Positions 38,499-51,356 of a stretch of DNA of 64,000 nucleotides are shown here, piece after piece. Source of the DNA: the human T2T-CHM13v2.0 reference genome, Homo sapiens. The notes under the pieces are model-generated. The model had not been told where the DNA came from and ran no database searches. It saw nothing but the letters and a program-made list of their open reading frames with translations. The stretch lies in NCBI RefSeq assembly GCF_009914755.1, contig NC_060931.1; one strand, written 5' to 3'. The position numbers and the translations under genes were made by a program. The first letter of the stretch is position 1, and each line of letters begins with the position of its first letter.

Positions 38499-41416
38499 GT
38501 ATGTATGGCAAGGCTATGTTTAGCTTTGTAAGAAACTGCCAAACTGTCTTCCAAAGTAACTGTATTCTCTGCATTTTCACCAGAAATGAATGAGTGTTTC
38601 TATTGCCCTATATCTTAAATAACATTTGGTATTGCCAGGTTTTTTTTTTAATTGTAGCTATTCAAATAGGTGTGCAACGGTATCAGATTTTTATTTTAAG
38701 TTGATTTTTCTAATGACAAATGATGTTGAACATCTTTTCTTATGCCTATCTGCCATTGTATTTTTCTTTGGTGAGGTGTTTGATCAGATCTTTTGCTTAT
38801 TATTTAATCATGATGCTTGATTTGCTGCTTTGTTTTTCTTGATTTTCATACAGGTTGGATATAAGACATTTGGAAATATTTTCTCCCAAACTGTGGCTTG
38901 TATTTTTATTCTATTAATGGTCTTCCACAAAGCTGAATTTTGTAATTGTAATAATATTTAAATAAACAATATTTTCTTAAAGGATTGTACTTTTCACAAT
39001 ATATTTTTAAAATCACAAAAACTCAAGCTCATTTAGATTTTTGTTTTCTATTTTCTTGAAGATAGTTTACGGTTCTGCATTTTGCATTTATGTCTATGAC
39101 GCATTTTAAGTTAATTTTTTGAAAGATGTGAGGTCTATGCCTAGATTCATTTGTATTTGCATGTGGCTGTTTAGTTGTTCCAACATTATTTGTTTGAAAG
39201 ACTATCTTTTCTCCATGGTATTGTCTTTGCTCCTTTTTCAAAGATCAGTTGACTATATTTATTTGGGTCTGTTTCTGGGCTCTCTATTCCTATTGTCTAT
39301 TTGTCTATTCTCTCATCAATATCACACTGTCTTAATTATTGTAGCTTTATGGTAAGTCTTTAAGTCAATGAGTATCAGTCCTCTTTGTTTTTACTCAATA
39401 TTGTGTTGGCTGTTAGAGACCACTTACATCTACAAACATTAGAATCAGTTTGCGAATGTCTACACAACTGCTTGCTGGGATTTTAATTGGGATTGCATTG
39501 CATCTATAGATCAATTTAGGGATGACTGGCATGTTAACATCCAGTTCATAAGCCTGGAATATCTATCCACTTATTTAGATTTTGTTTGATTTCTTTCATC
39601 AGGATTTAGATTTTGTTTGATTTCTTTCATCAGGGTTTTGTAATATTCTCCATAAAGATCCTGTACATATTTTGCCAGACGTAGGCCTAAATATTTTATT
39701 TTTTGATACTATTGTATTTTCTATTTCAAATTATAATTCTTCATTGCTGATATATAGAAAATTACTTGATTTTTATGTATTAGCACTGAATCCTTAAATC
39801 TTGCTATAATCATTTATATTCCAGGAATTTTCTCGTCGATTCTACATAGAAAATCATATAATCTAAGAATAAAGACAGTTCTTTCTTCCTTTCCAATTTC
39901 TGTATATTTTCTTTCCTATTCTTGTCTTATTGCACTAGGTAGGACTAGTATGATGTTGAATATGAGCGATGATACTCTTTTAGATTTTTCATACTCTGTA
40001 TTTCATCACCCTCATTCTGGGAGGCCAAAGTAAAAAAAATGACATCCACAAGGTAATCTAAGAAGCACACTTTTAAAGCTCACCTTTTCAGATCCTGCAT
40101 TGGCCAATCATCTTTGTATCTTTCCTATGAAATCCTAGATTGAATATAGCTAATGTGATCAACCTGAACTCATCGTACATTATCATGACCAAATGGACTT
40201 TGTTTTCTAATTCTCACTTAAGAAAATAAAAGATTTCAATGGTGGTGATTGATATCAAGAAAGACGGGAACAACTTCAGACACTGGGCATGTAAGGGATA
40301 GCCAGGGTAACTGGAATTAAAGAGAGCTGATTTGAACAGGATGGATTTAGGGACTAGGAAGTGAGGCACAATATAGAAGGAAAATGAAATAACAGCAAAT
40401 GCATGATGCATATACTTTAAATTTTGTTTGGGTTGAAGGGCTGTGTAACCCACGTTTGCATCTTTCTTTTCCCCTCCTGAGGAAGGTGTTCTCTAATCTG
40501 AGGCAGCAATAAATCTTCTCCCTGCCATCACCCTAACTCTGTGACCTTGAACTTATACTAAGGCTGTCTTTTGAGAATTACTACAGACAAAAATATAAGA
40601 AATGAGGATAGCAAGATATACATTCATATAATGAGACTGAACGTGAAGAAAACAATTGACTGAGATGTTATTGAATTCAGAGGGGGAAAGTTTCCTGCAA
40701 GAAGTTTGGTCAGCAATGAAAGCATTAGAAATGAAGAACCAGGGAAGCAGACTTTGTAGGACTCATGTATCCTCCCCATAGAAGGAGGTGTCCGGCCATG
40801 GAGTTGAGCGCACTCTGCTAATGGAAAAAGATAAACCCCTTCTGTGAACGTGGAGGCATGAAGATAGCCTAGCCAATAAAATCATCTCAGTTCTGAGCTC
40901 AAGAAGTAACCTTCTGACTTACAAGGCTTCCCATGCCACTTATTGATCTCAGGGAGTAGAGGCTCCAGCAATGTATGCCACAGGGAAATCCGGTCCTTGG
41001 GCATTATTTTATTCCAAATTCCAGATGAATAACTGGTATCTATTGTATAAAATTCTTTCTCTCTGGAGTTTGGTTAACATGATTCTGCATTCCTCAAGCT
41101 TGCTTAGTTTTAGGATTCTGACAACGTTGAGTGCCCAGGGGCTAAGGGGCAAGCCCTGGACTCAGTGAGCACTCCAAGTCATATATCATTTCGTTTACAA
41201 TATGACTGTTTTCAGCTAGCCTTCCTTGTTGAGAACCAACCACAACACTTTCCTTAAAATATCACTAATCCCAATAACAATAATTCTGTTCCAAAAACCT
41301 TAATATGACAAAGTAAGAGATAAGAAAAGTTACCCTGGACCAGTTTCTAGTGAAGAATGAGCCTTCTCCTAAAGCAACTACCAGGTTTTCCAGGTACCAT
41401 CCTTCTCCATCTTTTT

Positions 41417-41725
41417 GTTTTGTTTTGGTTTTTGTTTTTGTTTTTAAGACAGAGTCTTGCTCTGTCACCCAGGCTGGAGTGCAGTGGTGCGATCTGGGCT
41501 CACTGCAACCTCCACCTCCCAGTTCAAGCAATTCTCATGCCTCAGCCTCCCAAGTAGCTGGGATTGTAGATATGTGCCACCAAGCCTGGCTAATTTTTGT
41601 ATTTTTAGTAGAAATGGGGTTTTGCCATGTTGTGTAGGCAGGTCTTGAACTCCTGGCCTCAAGCAATTCAGTCACCTCGGCCTCCCAAAGTGCTGGGATT
41701 ACAAGTGTAAGCCACTGCACCCAGA
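41417..41725 (-). mobile_element. AluJb/Sz-like
   Basis: 15-bp TSD CTTCTCCATCTTTTT (41402-41416, 41726-41740). Confidence 0.95.
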
Positions 41726-42871
41726 CTTCTCCATCTTTTTCATCTTATGCTAAGTAGACCACTCAACACCTCCTGGCCTGAGTCTCAGGGAAGGTCTCAT
41801 GGTTAGCTACTCATTGCAATAGAAGTGAGTGCTGAGCAGGCTGTTGGATAGTTCAGTCAAAAGAAATCCTCCAGTCTCTTCCTAAAGAAGACAATGCCTA
41901 CAGAGGCATAAACAGAAAACAGACTGAGTGAGTGACCGGTATGGTAAAAACATTACCTCAACTCAGTGCTAGAGAAGAAAGTGTAGTTTAATTCACACCC
42001 ATTGCAGGGGCAGCAAACATCAGGACATCTGGTGTTCTCCTGACTTCAGCTAAATGACACCTCCATCTTGCATTTGTTTCTGAATGTGATGTCCATAATC
42101 AGATATATGAAGGGCAACTTTAAATAATGGATGCAGGCATGACATCACTTCTTGCGAAAAAATATCACATAAGGATGATTAATGGCTTAAGAGCGTAGGT
42201 GAGTGAATTGCAGTCAATCTGGGAAAATAAAAGGAAAGTCAAGAAATAAAATAAAATACATATTCAGCAATGTTGCCATTCTCCTTCTCAAGAGAGAATT
42301 GTGATAAACTTGTGTGTGGTTTGGGTGCTTAAAAAGTCTACTATTGTTGGAAAAGGTATCTTTTCTGATACATAAAAGATGGTGTGGAAGGAGCAGCTAC
42401 CAAAAGAGAGTCTACAAGGCTCAGCAGTTATTATAACTCAGCATAGACCTTACTTGAGCATGGGGGATTTCAGGGAGGCTGAATGCTGAGGTAATATTGA
42501 GCTTCTCTGAACATTTTCTATTTTCCTGTGTATTTTCTTCTAATGACATTGACAAAGCTCAAAATGTTTCTGAATTCCATTTTATTTCTTGACTCATAAT
42601 GATAATGCAATGTGTTATAGAATTTTGAGTACATATGCAAAATTCAAATCAAATTGTGGATTGGTGGGAGGAGCTCATTCTTAGAGAGTAAAGAAAACCT
42701 TGAGAACTGATGGATGCAAGAGAAAACTAAGGCCACATCAATGACCTTTCTTCCCAGGGCATATGGAAATGGGTGGTAAGGACACAATATTCCAAAACCA
42801 AATCTGAAGGAGAGCGACAATTCCATCAGATACTAATCAATGAGTCAATATACATTGATTATTATTATGGA

Positions 42872-43019
42872 TTTATATCCATAAATCCCTATTATTTGGT
42901 TGTCCTGACACCACATGGTGTCATAAATTTTTCTTCATAAATTATCCAGCCTCAGGTATTCCTTTATAGACACCATATGATGTCAGGACAACCAAATAAT
43001 AGGGACTTGTGAATATAAA
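42872..43019. repeat. 51-bp inverted repeat with 46-nt spacer
   Basis: Arms 42872-42922 and 42969-43019 are 46/51 complementary. Confidence 0.95.
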
Positions 43020-43053
43020 AAACACAGAAAGCTTTATGCAAAATGAAAGAAGA

Positions 43054-44135
43054 GCTTCCATGTGTTTGATATTTTAGATACCTCATGTAAGTAGGATCAC
43101 GCAGTATTTGTGACAGACTTATTTCACTGAGGATGTGTCTTCCAGGTCTATCCATGTTGTCACAAATGGAAGGATTTCCTTCTTTTTTAAGGCTGAAAAA
43201 TATTTCATTAAGGAATACACCACATTTTATTTACCATTTATCTGTTGATGGACAGTTGAGTTGAAGGGTATTCCACTATTGTGAATAATGCTGTTATAAA
43301 TTAAAGAGTGCAGATATTTCTTTAAGAAAAACAGAATGATAATTGCCAGGAGATGGGGGTTTGGGGAAAATGGGAAGTTGCACAATGGGTATAAAGTCCC
43401 AGATAAACAAATGAATAAGGTCTAGTGTCTGCCATACAACTTGGTGCCTATAGTTAACAATGCAGTGTTGCACACTCAAAATTTTAAGAGGGTTTCAACA
43501 GTTTGGATGTTTGTCCCTGCACACCTCATGCTAAAATTTGATCCTAATGTTAGAGGTGGGGCCTAATGGAAGTTGTTTGGGTCATGAGAACAGATCCCTC
43601 ATGAACTGACAAATGCCCTTTTTTCATGGGAGGGGATAAGTGAGTTCTCACTCTTATTAGTTTCCTTGTGAATTGGTTGTTAAAGAGTCTGGCATCTTCT
43701 TCCCCTCTCTCTTTTGCTTCTTCTCTTGTCATGTGATCTCTGCACATGGCAGCTCCCCTTCCCTTTCCACCATGAGTGGAAACAACCTGAGGCCCTCACC
43801 AGATGCAGATGCTGGCACCGTGCTTCTTGTACAGCTTGCTGTACCATGAGCCAAATAAACCTCTTTTCTTCATAAATTACCCAGCCTCAGGTATTCCTTT
43901 ATAGCAAGACAAACAGAATAAAACAAGGCTAGATCTCACATTAAGTGTACTTACCACACACAAAAAAAGCAAAGGAACATAAGGAAACTTCTGAAGGTCA
44001 TGGACGTATTTATTACTTTGGTTGTGGTGATAGTATCACAGGTGTATGCACGTGTGCAAACTCATTAAATTGTATACATTAAATATGTGCAGATTTTTAT
44101 ACATCAATTATACCTTAATAAAGCTGTGAAAAAAC
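43054..44135 (+). mobile_element. L1MB1/2-like 3' end with 5' inversion (43054-43324 antisense), interrupted by MSTB
   Basis: Antisense then sense 3' UTR that are contiguous in the consensus. TSD-like AAATGA[A/G]AGA at 43041-43050 and 44137-44146. Confidence 0.85.
43494..43925 (+). mobile_element. MSTB solo LTR
   Basis: gtttggatgtttgtccc...ccaaataaacctcttttcttcataaattacccagcctcagg. TSD AGG[G/C]T. Confidence 0.92.
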
Positions 44136-45241
44136 GAAATGAGAGACACTAGAAACAATACAAAATACCTTCCATAAATCAGATGAGAAAGATTCCTAGT
44201 CATTAAAGACTAAGCTGGATTCACATAGCCTAAAAATCCTAACTCCACAGACCGAGAAAGATGGTCCTATTAGCAAGAAAATGTCCAGAGAGGATCTCTA
44301 AAGGAAGGCCACAACCCAAAAGCTCATTTGTGTAAGACCTGACATCAGTCAGCATAGCGAGTTCTTAAATTCATGGCATTAACATTCAGAGGTTTGATTT
44401 ATCACCAGGAAATCCATAAAATATCATAATAGATCATAATACTCAGAGTGCTTAGGAGAATTAAAAGGAAAAATGTATAGAAAGTACCTGGAGCATATTT
44501 GAATTATGTAGGTGAGTGAGTCAAGCAGAAACACAATATTTCCTTTTTAGTGTGTTACCTTACTGTTTTGTTTTGTTTTTGTTTTTAAATTAAATAGTGA
44601 ATACCCATGTACATTCCTTGTGAATAGGAAAATCAATTTTTCCCCCACTGCCAATGAGTCCATAGTGCCTAATGTACTTCCAGGATTCTTTTTCATTGCT
44701 CTAGTGCCTGGGTACAGGTTATCCTGTAGCAAAACCCTCACTGAGGATAACAGAGGGCAGCCAAGAAAAATGGGGTTGTCTCAAGGTAGACAGACTAGGC
44801 TCCAAAAAGAGTGAGTAAACATTTGAAGAGAAATGAAGAGGTTGATACAACTCAGCAGGACACAGAGAAGTCCATGCAGTGGCTGCATCCAGGTAACCCA
44901 GGAAAGGTAAGTGGGTCTGCACCAGCTTCCATAACAGCAGAAGCCTGGACAAGAATTCCAGGCACAGCATCAACCACAAAGAGCCTGAATGTGAGTCCTC
45001 AGATGATAGCAATGGCTACAAGCAGAGCGCAATTGGTGAACAGGCTCTCAGAGGCTCTTGGAAGTGGCTGACTGAGCAGGAGTGGACTCTAAGATCCCAA
45101 AAGTTACAGTGAGTGTCTGCATGGAGAAGAACCTGTCTTAAATAAGCAAGCATTTAGGGAGGAGCAACATTGGCTGAGGGCTTCTCAGATATGGCAATAG
45201 GAATTGCTGGATGAGATTAGTGGCAAGGTGATATTGTAGAA

Positions 45242-45460
45242 TTAGGATCAGAAAATTTTTTGTGTAAAAATCAAGATAGTAAATATTTTAGGCTTTGTGG
45301 GCCACACAGTCTCCATTGCAGCTACTCAACTCTACAACTGTGGTCCAAAGGCAGCCACAGACAATACAGAAACAAATTGGAGTGGCTGTGTTCCAATCAA
45401 ATTTTATTTAGAAATTCAAGTGGCCAGCTGGATTTGCCTATAATTAGCTGATGTCCATCT
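45242..45460 (+). mobile_element. MER58A (hAT-Charlie MITE)
   Basis: agatagtaaatattttaggctttgtgggccacacagtctc...gcagccacagacaata...ggctgtgttccaat. Confidence 0.88.
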
Positions 45461-45489
45461 CAGAAGAGATCCTTTACATTTTGTAATGA

Positions 45490-45910
45490 AATTTTATTCT
45501 TTTGTCTTGATAATAAAAACAGTAGGTGATCATTGTTGAAAATATAGAAAAAAATAGAAAAGTATAAAAAATATTTTAAATCACCTACATATCACCCCTC
45601 AGAGACCCATTGAAACATTTTATGTATATTCCATTCAGCATTCTTGCCAATCTTTTATACAAAATTGAAATTCTAATGTACAAATGATCCTGGCTACTAC
45701 TTTTTCAATGAAAATGATGTCATGCATATAATCTCTTTAAAATCCCTCCTAAATATTTGGATCACTACATAATATTCTAACATATGGATATATCAACTTT
45801 TATTTAATCCATATAAACTGACAAAGAGGTTGTTTACAATATTCTGCTACTATAAATAGTTTGGTGTTAAACATTTAATACACTAATCTTGATGTGTCTT
45901 TTCATATCCT
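45490..45910 (-). mobile_element. L1ME 3' end, antisense
   Basis: tgaaaatatagaaaa...aaatcacct...ataatattc..catatggatata...ttgtttacaat.ttctgctactataaata. Confidence 0.55.
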
Positions 45911-47449
45911 CATAATCAATTACGTGATGTTGAGTCTGAGTACAGAACCCAGGCTGTGGCCTTGGAGTGTACAAGGAGAAACGAGAGGAAGTGCTGCTTC
46001 TAACATTAATCTATAGGCTGACTTTCCTTAGGATAGAGCAGAGAATAAAACAATTTTCTGCAGTTGAAAATAACTATTATTGCAATAAGTGATAATTCTA
46101 TTATCATGAACATTTCAATCAAGAAATTGAGATGCAGTCATTGATCAGAAAGTATAACAAGGTTAAACCATTCAATTCTGATAGTTGAATTTTAAATTTG
46201 GATATCAAGAAAAATAATTGCAGATAGAATTCAGGAACCAAAAGATATTTTGATGGAAATATTTATAATAATAATTTATATTCATATAATGACTGGTTTT
46301 TAAATAACGTTCACATACATTATACCATTTGCCTCAGAAATTAACTATTTCTCCTGATAGGTTTTTTTAAGACAATAGACACATGACCCCAATTAAGCAA
46401 ATTGGCTCCTGAACTAGGTACAAACGATTCAAAGCAGATCCATTCAATATACTGTACCATCACAAACTGAATTCTAACATTGTCTTTTTAAGAGAGAAGC
46501 TGGTGGCTAGGCATCATCCAGTACTTTTTGTTTTCTGCACCTGCTATGCTTACACAAGGCCTGATTGCTTATATTTTCTTTTTGATGACAGGCATTTGGT
46601 TCTTCTAAAGCAATTAACAACAGGCTTGAAAAAAAGGCCAAATTAGTGTCTGAATTAAATAAAATCTAGCATTTCTGTAACACTTTACAACTTACAAAGA
46701 TCCAAACAAATGTTAGAACATGAGATGTTTGTCACTGGATTATATGAACTATTTGTCAATAGATTATAATTCCTATGGTAATGTTTTCATTCATAAAAGT
46801 AATTATTTCCTTTAGTTATTCTGTACTGTAGGAATTATAATCCATTATATGCTCACGTTTAAAAAATTATTTTGAAATGTGATTATACTAAATTGTGTAA
46901 AGAGATCTTCCTCATTCAAATTCACAGAAGAAAGAAAGATAATTTATATAACTAAACTCAATTGCAATCAATCCAACAATAACTCCCAGGGTTTTTTATT
47001 TGTTGATCATTATCACCAATTTTGATAGCCACTGGATAAACAAAAACAAGGGGTTAAAGAAAAATGGTGTCTTCCAAACTGATGCAGCTGGTTTTAATAC
47101 ACAAGTAGTTTAGAACAGAATATAACATTTGCAATAGATTATTAGATTGAGGCAAAAAATTTTTTAAAAACAGCAAAAACTACAATCCATATTGGGAAAT
47201 GATTTTTTATTAAAGTTCAATGGGTTCCCTACACCTTAAAATAGTTTAAAATAAAATAAAACATTTTATACTACATAGTTTACAGCCTATAGCAATCAAA
47301 GCTCTCCATAACATTTTTGAAAATTTCTCAAAGGCCTGACATTGTTAAGGTTATCTCTGGCTCTGAACTCCTGTTTTCACTGACATAATTAATTAATAGT
47401 TGATGTCTGGAAATCCTACAAATGTCCTCTCCATCTGTCTTACATGCAT

Positions 47450-49380
47450 AGAGTCTCAGCTTATACATATGAACAGAATGCCACACACAAAAAAACTAGA
47501 ATAGCTACTAAACCAACTTGACTGAAGACTTCTTAGGAAAGGCAGAGAGGCTCACATCTTAGCAACATGAAGAATTTCTATTTAAACAGTATTGTCCTTA
47601 AAATATTTCTGCAAGAAACAGGTGGTGAAAGCTAGGGTGGGAGCAAGGTTGGGAGTCTAAAAGGTGACCTATGTTTACAGGTGGGACATGAACATCACGC
47701 CAGCAGGTTAAATGTTGATTCACCAAAAAACAAAGCAACCCTGAAACACAGAATAAGATAACAGGAAACATGTCTGTTTTAAGCTGAAGGCTGCATGGAG
47801 AACCTTTTTTAAATGTCCCATCAAACCTAACCAGAGTACATAGACAGAATTCGTGCTACCTGAGTGCCTGAAAACCCTTAGATGAAGAATTTAGCTGGAC
47901 GTAGTCTTGGGTTGGTGGTGTTAGAGGTAATTGACAGAAGTAAATGTCCTTAAGGTGTATGTATTTCAACCCACAGATAAATTTCCGAACTGTTCTAAAA
48001 AAATTCAATCACTCAAAGAAAAAAATTACAAAACATGCCAGAAAACAATGTATTGTGCATAAAAGCAAAGACTTATAATGCAGTTATTAAAAGGAATGGA
48101 GATAGAAACTAAATACTTATAACTTGTGTCCCAAAACAAAAGTGGTGTTTTGAAATATAACTAAGGGGCAAGGGAACTGGTAGATTTGGAAAAAATTCAT
48201 ACATTTCATTCTCAAAGTTTAAATTTTTTTTAAATTATTGAAATTGGACATAAATATAGTAAATTAGTAAAAAAAAGAATATAGATCATCAAAAATTATT
48301 CAGAACACAGCACAAGAAGAAGAATATTGTATTAGTCTGTTTTCACATTGCTGATAAAGACATACCCGAGACTGGGCAATTTAAAAAAGAAAGAGGTTTA
48401 ATTGGACTCACAGTTCCACATGGCTGGGAAGGCCTCACAATCATGGCAGAAGGCAAAGAGGAGAAGTTATATCTTACATGGATGGCAGCAGGCAAAAAGA
48501 GAGCTTGTGCAGGGCAACTCCCATTTTTAAAACCATCAGATCTCATGAGACCTATTCACTATCATGAGAACAGCACAGAAAAGACCTGCCCCCATAATTC
48601 AATCATCTCCCACTGAGTCCCTCCCACAACCTGTGAGAATTATCAGAGCTACAAGATGAGATTTGGGGAGGGACACAAAGCCAAAGCATATCAAATATAA
48701 AGTATTAAAACAATATAAAAAAAGAGGTTAATCTATTTGGAGAGTTATTAATAACAGTTCTAGAAAGGTCATAGAAGAATTAGGTGAGGCAATATATGTT
48801 ATAATAATAATAGAGGATGTTTTAGAGTGGTTGAAAAAAATGGTTCTCAGAATCAGGATCACAGTGAATCCTAAAATCAAAAACAGAAATAAAAATATTT
48901 TACTGAAAAAAAGAGAGATTTTTCCACCAACAAATAAGTAACTTCTGAAGATTATATTTTCATTAGGGATTAATGATCCAAACTGAAAAGTCAGAAAAGC
49001 AAGAAAATACGATTAAAAATTATGTTAGAAATGAATTAGTAACCTAATTTATTACATAAAGCAATAATATTTCTATCCAGTTTGTGGGGTTTAAAAAAAA
49101 AGATAAAACCAAAATATTCAGCAAAAATAGCATAAAAAGTTGAAAAGGAAATAACCCAAGTTAAAGAATTCACAGGTCATATTTTGTTCATGAAGATCAT
49201 AAGATACTGATTAGTATCAAATAATTTAAAAGTGAAATCCAACAAGACTAATAAAATAATAAATTGTGAAGTCACCTAATAATATAACCTCAAATTATAT
49301 AAATCAAATGTTAATCTAACAAATCAATAACAGGAAACAATGAACTTCACCAAAATTTCAAAATTCTATTGATAAGGGGA
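47450..49380 (+). mobile_element. Very old L1M/HAL1-like A-rich fragment, interrupted by THE1
   Basis: A-rich strand with ORF1-like motifs. Low similarity. Confidence 0.4.
48328..48693 (-). mobile_element. THE1A-like solo LTR
   Basis: tgtattagtctgttttcacattgctgataaagacatacccgagactggg...catatca. TSD AATAT (48323-48327, 48694-48698). Confidence 0.95.
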
Positions 49381-49419
49381 TATAATTTTTAAAAAGAATG
49401 AGCAGAAAATATTAGCTAA

Positions 49420-50190
49420 GAGAAAATATTAGCAAACAATATATTTCACAAAGGACTAGTATACAGCCTATATAAATAAATCTTACAGCTCACTAATAAA
49501 AGGAAGACTTCCAAGAAAAGACAGGCAAAAGGTTTGAGCAGACATTTCATAAAGGAAGATACATGCATGGCCCATAAACACATGAAACTTTGCTCACCAT
49601 CATTAGTCATCAAAGACATAATAATTAAAACTAAAATTACTCATCACTGCATACCCACTACAATGGCTGAAATTTAAAAGACTGAAAATACCTAATGCTG
49701 GCAATGACATGGAACCCTAGAATTCTCACCTATTGCTGATGCATCTACTCTGGGAAAAGAACTGGCTATTTTTAAAACACCAAACATTCATCCAACAATT
49801 CTACCCCCAGATGTGTCTACAAAAGAAAAAGATTATACTAGAATGAAGCAGATTTATTCACATTAGCCCAAAGCTAGAAACATCCATTAATGGAGAAATG
49901 AACAAAACAATAGTGGTACATCCACATATACAATGAAATCCTATTCAACAATTAAAATGAAGAAACACACAAAATCTCAAAATAATTATACTGTGTGAAA
50001 GAAGCCTTTGAAAAAAGAGTACGTACAGTGTAATTCCATTTATATGAAGTTCGGAAATAGGAAAAACTAACCTATAGTAGAAAAAAAAATCAGAAAAGTT
50101 GTTGCCTGGGGTTAGCAGGGATTTACTAGGAAGAGGCATTACAGCCATGGTCATGTTCTGTATATTGACAGAGATTTTTGTTGCCACAGG
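49420..50190 (+). mobile_element. L1ME 3' fragment
   Basis: gcaaaaggtttgagcagacatttcataaaggaagatacatgcatggcccataaacacatgaaa...ttccatttatatgaagttc. Confidence 0.75.
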
Positions 50191-50774
50191 TTCATACCAT
50201 TGTTGGAACTTACCAGGCCCAACATTTCCTGATCCCCAGCCCAGCAACTGAAGGTGGCCCAAGTAAGCTCATTCCTCCCAGAGACTGAGTAATAATTCAT
50301 TTACAGTATCACCAAGGCTAGCAAAACCAGCAAGAAGAATCAGTGGGAAGACCTGTCAACAGTAACTGGCCAGGAGAAGAGCTCTCCTAACCAGGAAATT
50401 AAGTAAACACTTTCATTTACAATGGCATTCAAAATTAAAAAAAAAAAAAAAACTAGGAATAAATTTAACCAAAGATATAAAATCTTATACAATGAAAACT
50501 ACAAATCATCGTTGAAAACAATGAGGAAGACCTAAATAAATGGAAAGACATCCTGTGCTCATGAACTGGAAGACTTAACATTGTGAAGAGGATAATACTA
50601 CCAAAGCAATCTACAAATTCATTGCAATTCCTATCAAGATTTAATTGGCCTTTTTTATTTTTTGGCAGAAATGGAAAAGCTGATTCTTACATTCATATGG
50701 AATTGCAAGGGACTCAGAATCGGCAAAACAATCTTAAAAAGATTTTTTTAAAAAGCTGAAAGTCTCACAGTCTC

Positions 50775-51270
50775 TATGATGGTTAATATTAAGTGTCAAC
50801 TTAATTGGATTGAAGAATGCAAAGTATTGTTCCTGGGTGTGTCTGTGAGGCTGTTGCCAAAGGAGATTAACATTTGAGTCAGTGGACTGGGAGAGGCAGA
50901 CCCACCCTCAACCCGGGTGGGCGCTGTCTAATCAACTGCCGGCGCAGCTAGAATAAAGCAGGCAGAAGAAGGTGGAAGGACTTGACTTGCTGAGTCTTCC
51001 CCCATTCATCTCTCTCTCGTGTGGGATGCTTCCTACCCTCGAACACTAGACTCCAAGTTTTTCAGCTTTTGGACTCTTGGACTTACACCAATGGTTAGCC
51101 AGGGGCTCTATGGCCTTTGGCCATGGACTGAAGGCTACACTGTCGGCTTCCCTACTTATGAGGTTTTGGGACTTGGACTGGCTTCCTTGCTTCTCAGCTT
51201 GCAGATGGATTATTGTGGGACTACACCTTGTGATCATGTAAATCAATATTCTTTAATAAACTCCCCTTTC

Positions 51271-51315
<45 letters not shown>

Positions 51316-51356
51316 ACCTATTAGCTCTGTCCCACTAGAGAACCCTGACTAATGCA
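50775..51356 (+). mobile_element. MLT2A (HERV-L) solo LTR
   Basis: tatgatggttaatattaagtgtcaactt..ttggattgaag...ctagagaaccctgactaatgca. Confidence 0.93.
51271..51314. repeat. (ATAG)11 tetranucleotide STR
   Basis: Perfect repeat inside MLT2A. Confidence 0.95.

Larger units (their letters stand above)
36823..39965 (-). mobile_element. L1MC/L1MD antisense (3' UTR to ORF2), interrupted by MER47 and MST
   Basis: taatccattaccac...tctagcctcctcc...aacaatgaaaaacctgg, then continuous antisense ORF2 motifs (aagaaactgccaaactgtcttccaaagt, gggattgcattgcatctatagatcaattt). Confidence 0.85.

Noticed and set aside
41265-41720. Alu-derived ORFs (also at 17.5, 29.8, 52.4, 54.6, 61.6 and 63.2 kb)
   Set aside because: Typical Alu translation artefacts (LECSG...AHCNL).
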